Below, piece by piece: positions 14,136 through 26,599 of a stretch of DNA of 64,000 bases. Below the pieces are notes generated by a model. That model saw only the letters and a program-made list of their open reading frames with translations. It was not told where the DNA came from and did not search any database. Position numbers and translations under genes: made by a program. The stretch spans positions 14,260,001-14,324,000 of the forward strand of contig OZ024740.1 in assembly GCA_964016885.1 (NCBI GenBank), in the 5' to 3' direction. Position 1 is the stretch's first letter. Each line of letters begins with the position of its first letter. This DNA comes from Eledone cirrhosa. Taxonomy: Eukaryota.

Positions 14136-15391
14136 TAGGGTGCGGACGGTATTTGAGGACATATTTATGGTTTAAAAATAACGCTTATATAATAACAGAA
14201 AAAAACTGTATTCTTATAAAAATAATATAAACATAAAGCTAAATTATCAATTTAATAATTTCATTCAACAAAACCACCATAAGCATCAATAACTGCCTCT
14301 ACGTGTGGTTGAAATCGTTTACACGCTCGGATTAAGTGGTCCTTGTACATATCGGACAGACTCGAACTATTGCGGCTTTCAAATAATCTTTGGTGCTATG
14401 GGGGTGTTCATTGACATTTTCTCAATGATGCTCCATACATAGTAGTCCAGTGGATTGAGATCTGGAGAATTAGGAGGCCAAATGTTGGGGTAGATGTGAT
14501 CATGCAATTCTACGGCCATCCATTCTTGTGTCATTTGAGCCTTGTGTGATGGTGCAGATCTTGTTGAAAGACATAAGGCCTTCTATTGCATACACTGTTG
14601 ATCCAAGGTTTAACAACTTTATCCAGAACCTCAATATACGCAGCAGCATTCACCCTAAGGCCTTGTGGAAAAAAGTGAGGAGGATCACATATCCTTCATT
14701 GCTAACAACACACACAAACCATGATACTTGCAGGAAATTTTGTATGCATTACTCTTGGAACCTCAGAAGGGTCTGCACATAGCCACCTGTCAATTCTTCT
14801 GTTAGTTTTCTGGTCCTGGTCAAAGTTTTTCTCATCTGAGACAAACCAAATCACATCATCTTCTGATGGATTTTTAAGTTTGTTCAAAAGTTTTTGGGTC
14901 TGATTAAACGGTTTTCTTTTGTTTTTTTTTCTGACATGAATTGACCTTTCCTCATCTCGTAAGATTTGTATCTGATGTCTTCATGCACAACATTTCTAAT
15001 TGTTTTTTCTGACACACCAACATTTTTGCAATTGACCTCATTGATTTTCCTAGATTGTCATCAATGTTTTGCTTCACTTCCTGAATAAATTAAGTGTCCT
15101 GATAGAATCAGAGCATTTAGAATGCTTTTTACGTTTTGATGCAGGTAATACGCTTCCATCTTTCTTTAACTCACACCGAATCTTGTGGGCAAAAGATCTT
15201 GCAACTTTCAGGAAACTAGAAATTTCTAAATCCCCATGCTTAGCCTTCAAAGCCACAATCACAACATGCCTTTTCATTTCATTAGTAAGTATAGTTATTT
15301 TCATTGTTATTTTCTGAAATAGAATTTCAATAAAAATTAGTCAAATAAAATAATGACTAAAAGTGCATGTCTCTCAAATACCGTCCGCACC

Positions 15392-15394
<3 letters not shown>
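14136..15394 (-). mobile_element. Tc1/mariner superfamily DD37D (maT) DNA transposon, full length, frameshifted
   Basis: TIRs (C/T)AGGGTGCGGACGGTATTTGAG at both ends within TA-rich tracts. Minus-strand transposase pieces SDEKNF, FQQD(S)APSHK and WPPNSPDLNPLDYYVW have 37 residues between the last two catalytic Asp after restoring one base. Confidence 0.92.
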
Positions 15395-15435
<41 letters not shown>

Positions 15436-15883
15436 TTATATGTATGTATATAATTCTCAGATTAATTCCTCAGAATAAATTCTATTCCGATCCATGCAGA
15501 ATTTAGTGATAAACTCTACAGATGTTACTAATTCTAAGACTATTAAAACTGAATATAAACTTGAGTTTTATTTCCAAACTTCAATATACGTTTGAAAAAC
15601 ATCTAAAGAGTGTGTTCAGTTTATATAGGAATCAAATAGAAATTAATTCTAGAAAACTAGTATTGAATAAATTACATCACATACTCTATCGTCTGAAGTA
15701 TTAACTACTTTATTTAGTATATTTCAGCTTAGATTGAACAAATTACAGGAACATTATGTATATACCTATCTACCTACCTACATACAATACATACATACAC
15801 ACTTACATACATGCATACATGCATACACACATACATGCATACACACATACATATATAAAAACATACATACACACACATATACT

Positions 15884-15914
<31 letters not shown>

Positions 15915-16180
15915 GTGTGTGCGTGTGTGTGTGTGTGTGTGAGTGAGTGTATATATATATATATATATTCGTAAACGGAATAGAAAATGCTGACAAATTG
16001 TTCACAGTGAAAAATAGTTTAATTAGGAATAAGTGAGAATTAGTAATAGTATTAGTTAGTATTCAGTTTTGGTTTTTAGTTTTACCGGTTCCGCATTTCA
16101 AATGCTTTTCAAAAATAATTTTGAGATAGAGCGTCCGTGATGTTTGCTCTGATCTATATATATATATATATATATACACG

Positions 16181-17361
16181 GTTACTCATTTGCATGTTTC
16201 TTTGTCCTGTGTCTTCCCGCGATGGGATCTGTTCAACTTTTTTCTCCTTTTTTTGTCCCTTTTCCCCTTTTCTCTTTCTCCCTCTCTCCTCACCATTCCC
16301 CCCCTCTCTGTTCTTCTTCTTTTCCCTCTTTTTTCCTTCCCTTTTCTCTTCTTTTTTCTCTCCCTTCTCTCTCCTTTTCCTCCTTGCCTTTTGATTAATA
16401 AAAGGCCTTGGGCCCTCCCGATTGTTAGAGATGTCCTATAATTCAGCGCCGAAACATCTAGATCGCGAATTTTACAGCTGACGAAGGATTCTTTCCTCTT
16501 TTCTCCTCTTGTTCCGTCCTAACCACTATACTAAACCTTGTTTTTAGTAACCACAGTTCCTTTCGTTTCGTATAATTTTGTATTTACCGCTGTGACTCTA
16601 CCTGCTTTGTTCGATCTGTGTTCCTTCCACACTTTCGCATCGACCCTCTCCTTCTCTCTTCCCTTCTCCTCCTCACTCTCGTTTTTTCTCTCTCCCTTCC
16701 TCTCTCTATCCATCCGTTCGGTTTTGATTGTTTACATGTTGACACGTGTCGTAAAAACATCTCTGTTCGCAATCTTTTGCGACACGTTTTTACTACAGTC
16801 GTAAAAACCCATTTTGGATTATCCCCCTTTCCCTTCACCCTCTCACTTCCGGTTCACTCTCTCTCGTCTACGAGAGAGTCAACACGATTAATACCGTCTT
16901 CTAGTTAGAGCCCACCACGAGGCTTAAGTCTTTCAGGTTGGCTAGAACTTACTTATCCTATTTTTTCACAGTTACTCATTTGCATATTTCTTTGACCTGT
17001 GTCTTCCCAAGATGGGATCTGTTCAACATTTTTTCTCCCATTTTTCTCCTTTCCTCCTTCTCTCTTCTCCCCCCCCCCACTCCCTCTCTTCTTCTTCCAC
17101 TTTTCCCTCTTTTTCCTTCCCTTTTCTCTCCCCTTTTTTAATCTCCTTTCTCTCTTCTCTTCATCCTGGCCCTTTGATTAATAAAAGGCCTTGGGCGCTC
17201 CCGATTGTTAGAGATGTCCTGTAATTCAGCGCCGAAATATCTGGATCGCGAATTTTTTACAGCTGACGAAGGATTCTTTCTTCTTTTCTCCTCTTGTTCC
17301 GTCCTAACCACTATTTTGTTGTTTTTAGCAACCACACAGCTCCTTTCGTTTCGTATCATTT
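16181..17361. mobile_element. Partial tandem of a 790-bp pyrimidine-rich non-coding unit (about 1.5 copies)
   Basis: GTTACTCATTTGCAT... starts at 16181 and again at 16971, and similarity continues for about 390 bp. (TA)n tracts flank both sides. Confidence 0.75.
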
Positions 17362-17855
17362 TAAAATTAACTTACTTATATATATATACTGTATATATAT
17401 ATATAAATATATATATATATAAAAATACGTATTTAAGAAAGCCACAACAATGCAAAGGGAAATCTCGAGGTAGGAAGTGAAATGTAGATAGGAAAAACAG
17501 GTGAAAGTGAAAATTGAGAGAGACAAAGATGAAAACAAAACAAAGGTAGAAGGGTTACCGTAGTAGAGATTTAATCCCAATATTTCGGGCTCACGCCCAT
17601 CAACGGGGGAAAAGTTCCAAAAGGGGGGAAACAGGCCAAGCGGAGAAAGTTGTGATGTCGTTAAGACAGGAATGCCGTTATGGGGAGAAAATTATTTAAA
17701 CTTAACAACCGGGCTGAGAGAAATGAGCTGACATGGCTAACTTAACCATAATGACCATTCACAGCCTACGGCCTGCTATCTTCACACAAACATCCCGTAT
17801 TAAGCCGTAGTGTCTAGCAATCACCGTTGCTCGTTTGTTCAACACTGACAAAGGA

Positions 17856-17898
17856 ACGCTGTACTAGTTTCAAGCTTGTTAGCTATCGTCAGCAACGT
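17856..17898 (-). ncRNA. Minimal type I hammerhead ribozyme (inverted copy)
   Basis: Exact reverse complement of the motif at 18569-18611. Confidence 0.85.
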
Positions 17899-18568
17899 AT
17901 ACCTTCCTGCCAGATAGTTGAACGTCCGAAAGTATATACTTTCCTTATGCATATTAACGGCTGAGTAGCCCAATTTGCATATCGAGTGGGTTAATCGGCC
18001 GGGTGCACCAAAAACGATAAACGGAAAAAATGAAACGAAATTTCATTTCCCACTCTTAGTACGGCTGTTACTTAAATATAAGTATGTATACGTACATACA
18101 TATATGTATACAGACGTATAGTAGTATGTATATATATATATACATACATGCACACATATATATATGTACGTATGGATTCACCAAACATTTTTTCAGTGTT
18201 GAACAAACGAGCAACGGTGGTTGCTAGACACTACGGCTTAATACGGGATGCTTGTTTACAAACACACCGAGCATTATAATAAATGTTCGGTGAATCCATA
18301 TGTACATATATATATGTGTGCATGTATGTATATTTATACATACTACTGTACGTCTGTATACATATATGTATGTACGTATACATACTTATATTTAAGTAAC
18401 AGCCGTACTAAGAGTGGGAAATGAAATTTCGTTTCATTTTTTCCGTTTATCGTTTTCGGTGCACCTGGCCGATTAACCCACTCGATATGCAAATTGGGCT
18501 ACTCAGCCGTTAATATGCATAAGGAAAGTATATACTTTCGGACGTTCAACTATCTGGCAGGAAGGTAT

Positions 18569-18611
18569 ACGTTGCTGACGATAGCTAACAAGCTTGAAAC
18601 TAGTACAGCGT
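18569..18611 (+). ncRNA. Minimal type I hammerhead ribozyme
   Basis: ACGTTG-CTGACGA-tAGCTaacaAGCTt-GAAA-CTAG-TA-CAGCGT. Stem I pairs (one G-U), the core is intact and stem III is the palindrome ACTAGT. Confidence 0.87.
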
Positions 18612-18877
18612 TCCTTTGTCAGTGTTGAACAATGGAGCAACGGTGGTTGCTAGACTACGGCTTAAAACGGGATGTTTGTTTACAAACACACCGAGCATTA
18701 TAATAAATGTTTGGTGAATCGATACGTACATATATATATGTGCGCATGTATGTATATATATATATATACATACAACTGTACGTCTGTATACATATATGTA
18801 TGTACGTATTCATACTTATATTTAAGTAACAGCCGTACTAAGAGGAGTGGGAAATTTTATTTTATTTCATTTTTTCT

Positions 18878-18943
<66 letters not shown>

Positions 18944-19473
18944 CAGGTTATATTATGGAGTGAACCCAGTTTAATACCGCCAACTAAATTTCAGCTCAAT
19001 GTATTGATGTCATTTTAGCTAGAAGCAGAAATATATATACCTATCAGTTATCCACTTGCTGTTGAAACGGAAAGAGCTCAACCGCAGGGCAGAAAATCAA
19101 TTTAATGCTTATATTCAGTTTTTTAAGTATAGAGTAATTTGCTGAACAATGGTCTTACTAGTCCTAATTAGTAATATCCAAACTACACACACACACATAT
19201 TTATATATATATATATATATATAATGACGGCGATGAATTTGTTTTGCGAGGTTTTTGATATAAAATCGTGTGTCGAAACAAATATTGTTATACTTGGCGA
19301 GGGTCATATTGTTGTAATAATATTGCCAGAATTAATAACAGAACACACTCACCGTTTGGTTGGTTTTCGCTTCTGTATCTTTTATATTAGTTAATTCATT
19401 CGGTCCGCAATGTTTACCATTGACTGACCAACGGTCAAAAATACAGATATAATATAGACACAAACACATATAT

Positions 19474-19527
19474 ATAGTCTAACAAAGTTCTTTCGTTGCA
19501 CATCTGCAACATCGTCAGTGGTGCTAT
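19474..19527 (-). ncRNA. Partly decayed minimal hammerhead
   Basis: Minus strand: atagcacca-CTGACGA-t-GTTGCA gatg TGCAAC-GAAA-gaac-TT-tgttagactat. Core and stem II are intact, stems I and III imperfect. Confidence 0.55.
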
Positions 19528-19692
19528 TATGTTCCTCCTGTTGTATTGTATATCTACGCGAAAGATGGCGAGGAAGCAGTTGTCCAAAACAGATCTAGTT
19601 CTGTAGAAGCCTTTCTATATTAAATATTTATACTCTGCTTTGTATTGAGTACCTTACTTACTGTGGTTACCCCTGATTGAACCCGGGATAAA

Positions 19693-19727
<35 letters not shown>

Positions 19728-19783
19728 TTAATTTTTGTATTTTTCTAGCAAGATTTCTTATCTGAAAGCATGTGTTGAAACAG

Positions 19784-20202
19784 ATATTGTTATAAATGGG
19801 AAAGGCCATGATACTAATATAAACACATGCACCTGTTGGTTTTCACTTCGATTTATTACAAATTTCCAGTTGGTTAGTTTAATAACTGGATGGTTGTTTA
19901 TTTGTTTATTGTTAAAGCTCTTTCGTCACACATTCTGTGACCTCTTCAGTGACTAAGTTGTTATTTCGTGTCTTTCTTACACCAATAAGATTTTGTAGGA
20001 CAGAACAAAGGAGAGACACAAGTAACAACAAAATCGGTCGCTGGAGAGGTCATAGGATGTGCGACGAAAGAATTTTGACAATAAACAAATAGACAACCAT
20101 CCGGTTATTAAACCAACCAGCTGGAAAGTTATATTAAATTGAAGTGAAAACCAACATGTGCATGTGTTTTTATTGGCAGCATGACCTTCCCAAAGTATAA
20201 CA

Positions 20203-20206
<4 letters not shown>
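19784..20206. repeat. Diverged fold-back (about 195-bp arms) with a hammerhead motif in each arm
   Basis: 19784-19976 versus 20011-20206 are inverted. 19909-19955(-) reads gtca-CTGAAGA-g-GTCACA gaatg TGTGAC-GAAA-gagc-TT. 20037-20079(+) reads gtcg-CTGGAGA-g-GTCATA ggatg TGCGAC-GAAA-gaat-TT-tgac. A third partial copy lies near 19240-19375. Confidence 0.8.
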
Positions 20207-20277
<71 letters not shown>

Positions 20278-20281
<4 letters not shown>

Positions 20282-20467
20282 TCCCTAGTTCAATCGGGGG
20301 TAACCACAATTAGAAAGGTACTCAATACATTAGTAGAGTGTAAACATCCTGTTTAATATAGAAATGGCTTCTACAGTACTAGAACTGTTTAATTCAAAAG
20401 AAATCATCTGGAAAGCTTTCCTGATAATTTCTTTTGAATGAAACAGTTCTAGTACTGTAGTAGCCAT
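20278..20467. mobile_element. Short dispersed hammerhead-bearing element with terminal spacer-less palindrome (related copies at 19565-19695 and 27975-28108)
   Basis: 20364-20467 is a palindrome centred on GAAAG|CTTTC. The arm consensus is GCTTTC-CTGATGA-tttcttttgaat-GAAA-CAGTtctagtACTG-TA-GAAGC. A shared tail TATTGAGTACCTT...GTGGTTAC...GATTGAAC is seen in all three copies. Confidence 0.75.
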
Positions 20468-20694
20468 CTATCTATCTATCTATATATCTCGGAGAAGATA
20501 GACGTGTTTTTGTTTCGCTCCTGCATTTTGTCGGAATTTATTACGAGAAGCGGTAGGTTTGTTTAAGTAATTTGTTATTTGTTGTGTTTAACCCCTCGCC
20601 TGGGCCTGCAGACGTTGGGTAAAATAAATTTCGCCCCTTTTTGAGGCAATAATTTAATAGTTATAAGTTGTCGATAAAAAGTCGTTTAGTGACA

Positions 20695-22180
20695 ATGGAC
20701 GCCATTAATACGACGCATACCCCCCCCCCCCCCCCAAGGAAAGTGATAGAGAGAAGGTATCAGCACAACGCTGTAAGCCTTCCCTCCTCACTCCCGCAAA
20801 AACATCACTGAATCAAAAGAAAAAATTGTGGAAATGAGTGAAAACCCCAAAAGTAACAATTACACAAACAAGAACAACAATGACAATAACAACACAACCA
20901 ACAACAGCAATAATGACAACACCAACAAAGGAAAAAAGCAAGCCAACACGAATAACATCAACAACAATGATAACAACACGAAAGAAAACGGACCCACAGC
21001 TGCAGTCTCCTTCGCACAAGCGGTCCGAGAAACGCAGACATACAAGGCACTGGACATCTCGAATGCCAAGAAATTGCTGAAAGAAGCAAGGAATTGTGTA
21101 ACTTTCGGGGAAGGTGGGGAATTCATAATTACCTCCCCCGAAGAAATTAGAAGGGACACAGTCCTCAGGACTGTAATCTTTAGGACAGTTTCGAAAACGA
21201 CTAAGAAACCGGCTCAGTTGTCCCAAAGCGAAATTGAGCTGGTCCTAAGTAGTGCCTGGAAGGATATCGCTTTCATATAGAAAGGGAAACTGTATGGAAG
21301 CATATCTGTTTTAATACAAGATGAATTGGCGGCACGGAAATATTCTGTGTCGCCAATTGTATCCAAAGCATACACCTTTTCCCCACATATTTGGGGAAAA
21401 GAACTCAAAAGATAAGAATCTCGGGCATCAGGCCAAATGCGAGCATTTGGTGGGTGCTAACGGGATTCTTAGAAGATGAGGACACAATCCTTTCGATAGG
21501 CGAATCCACCGGGAGCGTATTCGGCGGCAATAGCCTTGAAGTTCTGGTCCAAATGAGACCAGAACGGATAGCAAGAATACCGCAGCGTGTGTCCCTGGAT
21601 GGAGTCGCCTTCATAAACATTTCTGTTGAGGGTAGGCGGCCTTCATGCTACCACTGTTCAAGAAGTGATCACCTGAGGGCTTCCTGTCCCCTTTTAAATA
21701 CCCCCCCCCCCCAACAAAAAGACGCTTCTGCACACCCCACACACAACAACACAACCACCACCACCACCACAACAACAATAACAACAACAACAACACGAAA
21801 AAATAACAACACAAGACACTGTCCTATCCAACCCCTCCCCACCTAAAACAAATACAAAATCAACCACAACAAAACCCCAAAATATACCCCTCCCCAACAA
21901 CACGGACGAGGACCCCTTATCAACGTCACCCAGTGACGACGAGGGAGAACCCTTTCAACCTGTAAAAAGAACGAAAAGAAGGCACCACATTAACAAAAAT
22001 GCAACAAACACACAACCACCAGCACAAACAAAAAAACCCCACCCCTCCCGAAAACATAACACATACTACAAAACTCAAACACACACAAGAACAAAAAACA
22101 AACACAACACAACAAAAACAGTATACATACATCAGCACAAACAACAAAACACTTGTGCAAACAATAGACAAAGATCCTTA
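20695..22180 (+). pseudogene. Tx1-type ORF1 (gag-like, zinc knuckle), disrupted
   Basis: Fragments 20828-21280 (SFAQAV) and 21391-21846 (KIRISGI...EGRRPSCYHCSRSDHLRASCP) are separated by a stop and frameshifts. Boundaries are approximate. Confidence 0.75.
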
Positions 22181-22543
22181 GGGGAAAACCGAAGGGAAAA
22201 TGTTCACCAACGCGGCGACTAAACCGCATTTTAAAATGATTAGGGTCCCAAGGGACACCTACGCAATGCTCAAACAGAACTTTCCCGAGGACGTGGGGAA
22301 CCCCCTGTACTAGACCTAGCAACCGCGTCCTCTTAAAATGTTTCCCCACCACCACCCCAGACACCCCTCCCCCACCAAACACCCCGACCCCACCACACAC
22401 TGATGTCCCCACCACATCCCAAACAACCACCCCGCCAAACAACCCCTCCGACACCCCCATGGAAATTGTGCAGCCTGGTCCCCAGGAGAAGGACAGGTAG
22501 GTGTCTTTTTCTTTTTCTCCACTCTAAACTCTTCACCACCAAC

Positions 22544-25500
22544 ATGGCTGTTATAAGAGTTGGATGTTTAAATGTGCGCGGCCTGGGGATGTCCTGGAAG
22601 CAAGGCAAACTCTTAAATGACCTCAGGTCGCACAGAATAGATGTGATAGCTATTTGCGAGTCCAGGATCAGCAGCGAGCACCAACTGGCCCCCATCTTCG
22701 ACGACTTTGAAATCTATGCATCTCTCTGTCAGCCGGGGGGTCGTTCTGCTGCGAAAACACCTGGGTCTCGCAACACGGAAGGTACACCTGGACCCGGAGG
22801 GTCGACTGGTGGTTTTAGACGTAGGCAGTAGTGAAGGTGGAGCCTTCAGGCTGGTGGAAGCGTATGCCCCATCTAGGACACCGCGACCGGACTTCTTCCA
22901 GCGCCTAGAGACTTTTCTGGGAACGTCTCGCTCCTTGCTTTTAGTGGGTGACTGGAATGGTATCCTGGATGCACGTTGAGGGGGGTGTAACAGCCTATAG
23001 AGGGGGGTGTAACAGCCGATAGAGGGGGGTGCAACAGCCTCAAACGGTTAATCGGCCGATTTGATCTGGCCGATAGATATCGACTAGATTTTCCGACTGT
23101 GCCACTGTGGACGTGGCCTGATCGCAGCGGAACATCTAGGTCGTACCTAGATAGGTTCCTAGTTAGAAATAAAGATAGGGACATATTAAGCTGTCCACTA
23201 ATGTTCATAGTTGACTATTCGGATCACAAGTTGGTGACCGGAGTGGTCAACCTTGATAGAACCCATAGACAAGGACCCGGTTACTGGAAGCTAAACTTGT
23301 CCTTACCGACAAACAAAGCTTACAGTAAGCGGATTAGCACTCTAGTTAAGCAGCGGTTGACGGGGGCAATTGTCAACAGCAGGTGGTGGGGCTCTCTCAA
23401 GAGAGAAATTAGAATAGAATCGATAGGTTTTAGTCAGAAATTAGCATCAGATAGGAATAGAACTGAAAGGGAATTGATAGATAGAGTAGAAGAGGCGATT
23501 AGGAGTGGAAACATGGCCGGCGTGCTGGCGTCAAGAACGGCCCTAGACCAATTCTTTGACACGAAGCACGAGGGCTGTGTTGTCAGGAGTAAAATACGTG
23601 CTCTGGGTAACGAGGGAGCCAAAGTTGTTACCTGGGCCCGAGTGATAGAGGCAAAAAGTGGAAACAAGTCCACGATTCGGTCTTTGAAGGACCAGGATGG
23701 CCGCGTGATCCTTGAACCTGAGCGGATGTGCGCGGTCTTTCAACGGCGCTTTGCACGACTGTTCGGGAGGGGCGGCGGGCCGGGTGAGGCCATGGATTTC
23801 GGTCCATACCTCGACGGTCTGCCGCGGCTCTCGAACGGTGGGGGGGACGAAGTTCTGCGAAAGGCCGATTTCAGCCGCAGAAATAGGGGAAGCGCTGAGC
23901 CAATGCGGCAAACGCAAATCTCCCGGTCTTGATGGTCTACCATACGAACTTTATGTAGCGATGCCGGTCTTGTTCTCCGATCTCCTCGAGGCGGTCTACT
24001 GCGACTGGCAACAGAACGGGAGAATTCCCAGTTCTGTGACCAAGGGCGTAGTCACTCTGGTGAGGAAGGACGAGAACAAGGGGGAAGACATAGATAACTT
24101 CAGGCCCATAACACAGAGTTAAAGATGTTGGCCAAGGTGTTAGCAAAGAGGTTGGCGCTTGTCGTCGGGAACCTGGTGGGAGAAGCGCAGACATGCGCAA
24201 TCCCGTCCAGGTCCATACACGACAACCTCCACCTCATGCGATACATCGTAGAGAGGGTAGGGAACGAACCCGGCTTTGGTGGGGCCCTGATCAACTTGGA
24301 TCAATCTAAGGCGTTCGATAGGGTCGACCATCGGTACCTGGATGCGGTGCTCGCGGCGGCAGGATCGGACCCGTTTTCAGGGGCTGGATTGCTGCAATGC
24401 ACAGCAGCAACACCTGCTCGAGAGTCAAGGTGAACGGCTACCTTTCGGAGCCGTTCCAAATTGCGAGATCCATCCGACAGGGATGCCCTCTCTCCCCCGT
24501 TCTGTATGTGCTGGCTCTCGATCCACTACTGCGGAAGTTGGAGCTGTTGCAGGGAATCCCCTTGGAACCGGGATTGCGGAAAGCGGTGTCGGCCTACGCC
24601 GACGACGTGACAGTAATGGTGTCGTGCGCCTCGGAAATCGGGCAGATCGGCACCTTACTGGAGGAATACAAAAGGTTTACAGGAGCCAAGCTGAACCGGG
24701 ACAAGTCCGTCGGTTTGCAACTCGGAACGCGGAGAGGCAAACCGATGCCCTCCGACGGCGTCGTCGGACGCTGGACGGAGGGACTGGTGAAGTTGCTTGG
24801 GGTCTGGTTCGGACCGGACCTCCAGGTAGAGAAAAACTGGGACGAGGTAACGGACAGGGTGTTTGCACTCGCCCAGAAGTGAGCCGATTGCAAACTATCC
24901 CTGAAAGGTCGAGCGGAGGTGGCGAACACTTATATAGCGTCTGTCATCTACTACCGCTTGACCGTCGTGCCTTGCCCAGCTAAAACGCTCGCCAAAATGG
25001 AGCGCGCGCTCTTCCGATTCCTTTGGAAGAAGCGGGCCCGTTAGGTGAGAAGATCCATCTGCTGTCAACACCCTTCGAACGGAGGGCTGGGGATGGCGTG
25101 GCTGACAATGCGTAGACACGCATTAAGACTACGACACCTCCAGTTATTCCTCGCCGGTCTGCCGGTCTGGGCCTCTTTTGTGAGGCGAGCTTTTCTGAGA
25201 CTCGTCTCACTCACCGAGCTGCAATCCTGGGTCAAGCAAAGACCGAGAAAAGTGGGCGAGTGGCACATTGAATGTCCCCAGGCGCTCACGGCCCTCTGGC
25301 AAGCGGATCCGGCAATCAGTGGAGGCTCAACCTCAACATTCTATAGAGGGTTGGTGCGCAGCAAGTGCGACGACGCTCTCGGAGAAGCTCTGGGCATGGA
25401 GGAAGACGAGCGAGCCAGTCTGTTCGGTAGGACGTTTGGCCCGGGACCGATGGACAACTTCCAAAAGTCCCTGGCTTGGCAGTGCTCCCGAAGAGCTCTA

Positions 25501-25977
25501 CACGTCCGGTACAAGCTCTACAGACACGGGCGCCCGGGTAGGGACCCCTCGAAGAATATCTGTCCGAGATGCGTGCGTGACGAGGAAACCGTCGCGCACG
25601 CATTCGTACACTGCCCGGGCGTTTCTGACCTGTGGGGCTATGTGGAACGACTACTGTCGCGGGTGGGACCAATCCGGTTGACCATCGAGTACATTGTCAC
25701 GATCGAACCGCCTCCTCCCTTCAAAAACGAAGGAGAGGCGGTTTTCCTCTGTGTGATAGCTATGGCGAAAGAGGTTGCTTGGTGGACGAGGTTGAAAGGG
25801 CTGAGGTCAGACACTTTTCTCTCCGGCCAACAACTGGTCCTTTTTTTCAAGTACCACTTTAGAAGAAGGATCAGAATGGAGAGAGAGATGCTCTACCCCA
25901 GCAAGTTTTATGAAAGGTGGGTGAAAGTGGTGAGAATGGCCCGAGTGAATGGGCCTTCTCTCTATATCAGCCTGTAG
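22544..25977 (+). pseudogene. Tx1/L1-type ORF2 (AP endonuclease, reverse transcriptase, zinc finger), disrupted
   Basis: Motifs in order across frames: CLNVRGL, GDWN, SYLDRF, SDHKLV, GPGYWKLN, KSPGLDGLP, FRPIT, DQSKAFDRV, RQGCPLSP, YADD, GGLG, CPRC..ETVAHAFVHC. Confidence 0.93.
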
Positions 25978-26297
25978 GTGAGAGAGGAGAAGAAGGAGGA
26001 GAAGAAGGGAGCACCCGCTCTTTGTGCTCCTGAGGAGGAGGGTTGCACATTTTTTTCGGAGGTGTGTGCGACCCACGTCAACGCCCACTCCCTATTGAGG
26101 ACTTCGATTGTTGAATTTGATTTGTTATGTTTTTACACGTCCTTTGAAATGTATGTAACCCCCCCCCCCCCCCCTTGTATTTGTCCCAATCTTTGATGCC
26201 CTGGTGGCAAATAAATAGAAAGTTTTCTATCTCTCTATCTCTCTCTATATATACAATGATATTAAATAAATGGAAACTATATTTATAAAACCATATT

Positions 26298-26358
26298 TAT
26301 TCTATTATATATATTTCAAGGGTACCAAAACTTTGGTACGTTCTCATCAGATAAAATA
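26298..26358 (-). ncRNA. Minimal type I hammerhead ribozyme, same family as 10421-10491
   Basis: Minus strand reads TATTTTAT-CTGATGA-gaac GTACCAAA gt TTTGGTAC cctt-GAAA-TATATA-TA-ATAGAATA. Confidence 0.83.
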
Positions 26359-26599
26359 CAAAGTTTGTTTTATAAATATTGACATAACCAGGAAGAAGAT
26401 CTTAACGGTTCAAGTTTTTCCTGGATAGTAAAGGAATGAAGGGAAAGAGAAGAAGAGTCAAATATTTCAAATTATTAAGATGAGTATGCAAATGAGGTTG
26501 AGGTATAGGGCTGAAAAAAAACGTTATTTTTAGACGCTCGGTAGATTTAAATAGTTATTAGGATATATGTATTATGTGCAGGAAGAAGAAAGAAAAAGA

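Larger units (their letters stand above)
17786..18870. mobile_element. Hammerhead-bearing 426-bp unit: one inverted copy plus about 1.5 tandem copies (Penelope pLTR/retrozyme-like)
   Basis: CAGTGTTGAAC recurs at 18194 and 18620 (426-bp period). 17786-18190 is the reverse complement of the same unit. No ORF with protein-like features. Confidence 0.88.
20491..26222 (+). mobile_element. Near full-length Tx1/L1-clade non-LTR retrotransposon (about 5.7 kb), inactivated
   Basis: ORF1 with a CCHC knuckle, ORF2 with APE, RT and C-terminal CCHC, and AATAAA at about 26210. Higher GC than surroundings, with (TCTA/TC)n on both sides. Confidence 0.93.

Noticed and set aside
17570-17612. TTGAT-GGGC GTGA GCCC-GAAA-TATT on the minus strand
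   Set aside because: Resembles a minimal hammerhead, but CUGANGA is incomplete.
23434-26088. Many short antisense and alternative-frame ORFs within the Tx1 element
   Set aside because: Expected shadow ORFs in GC-rich ORF2 sequence.
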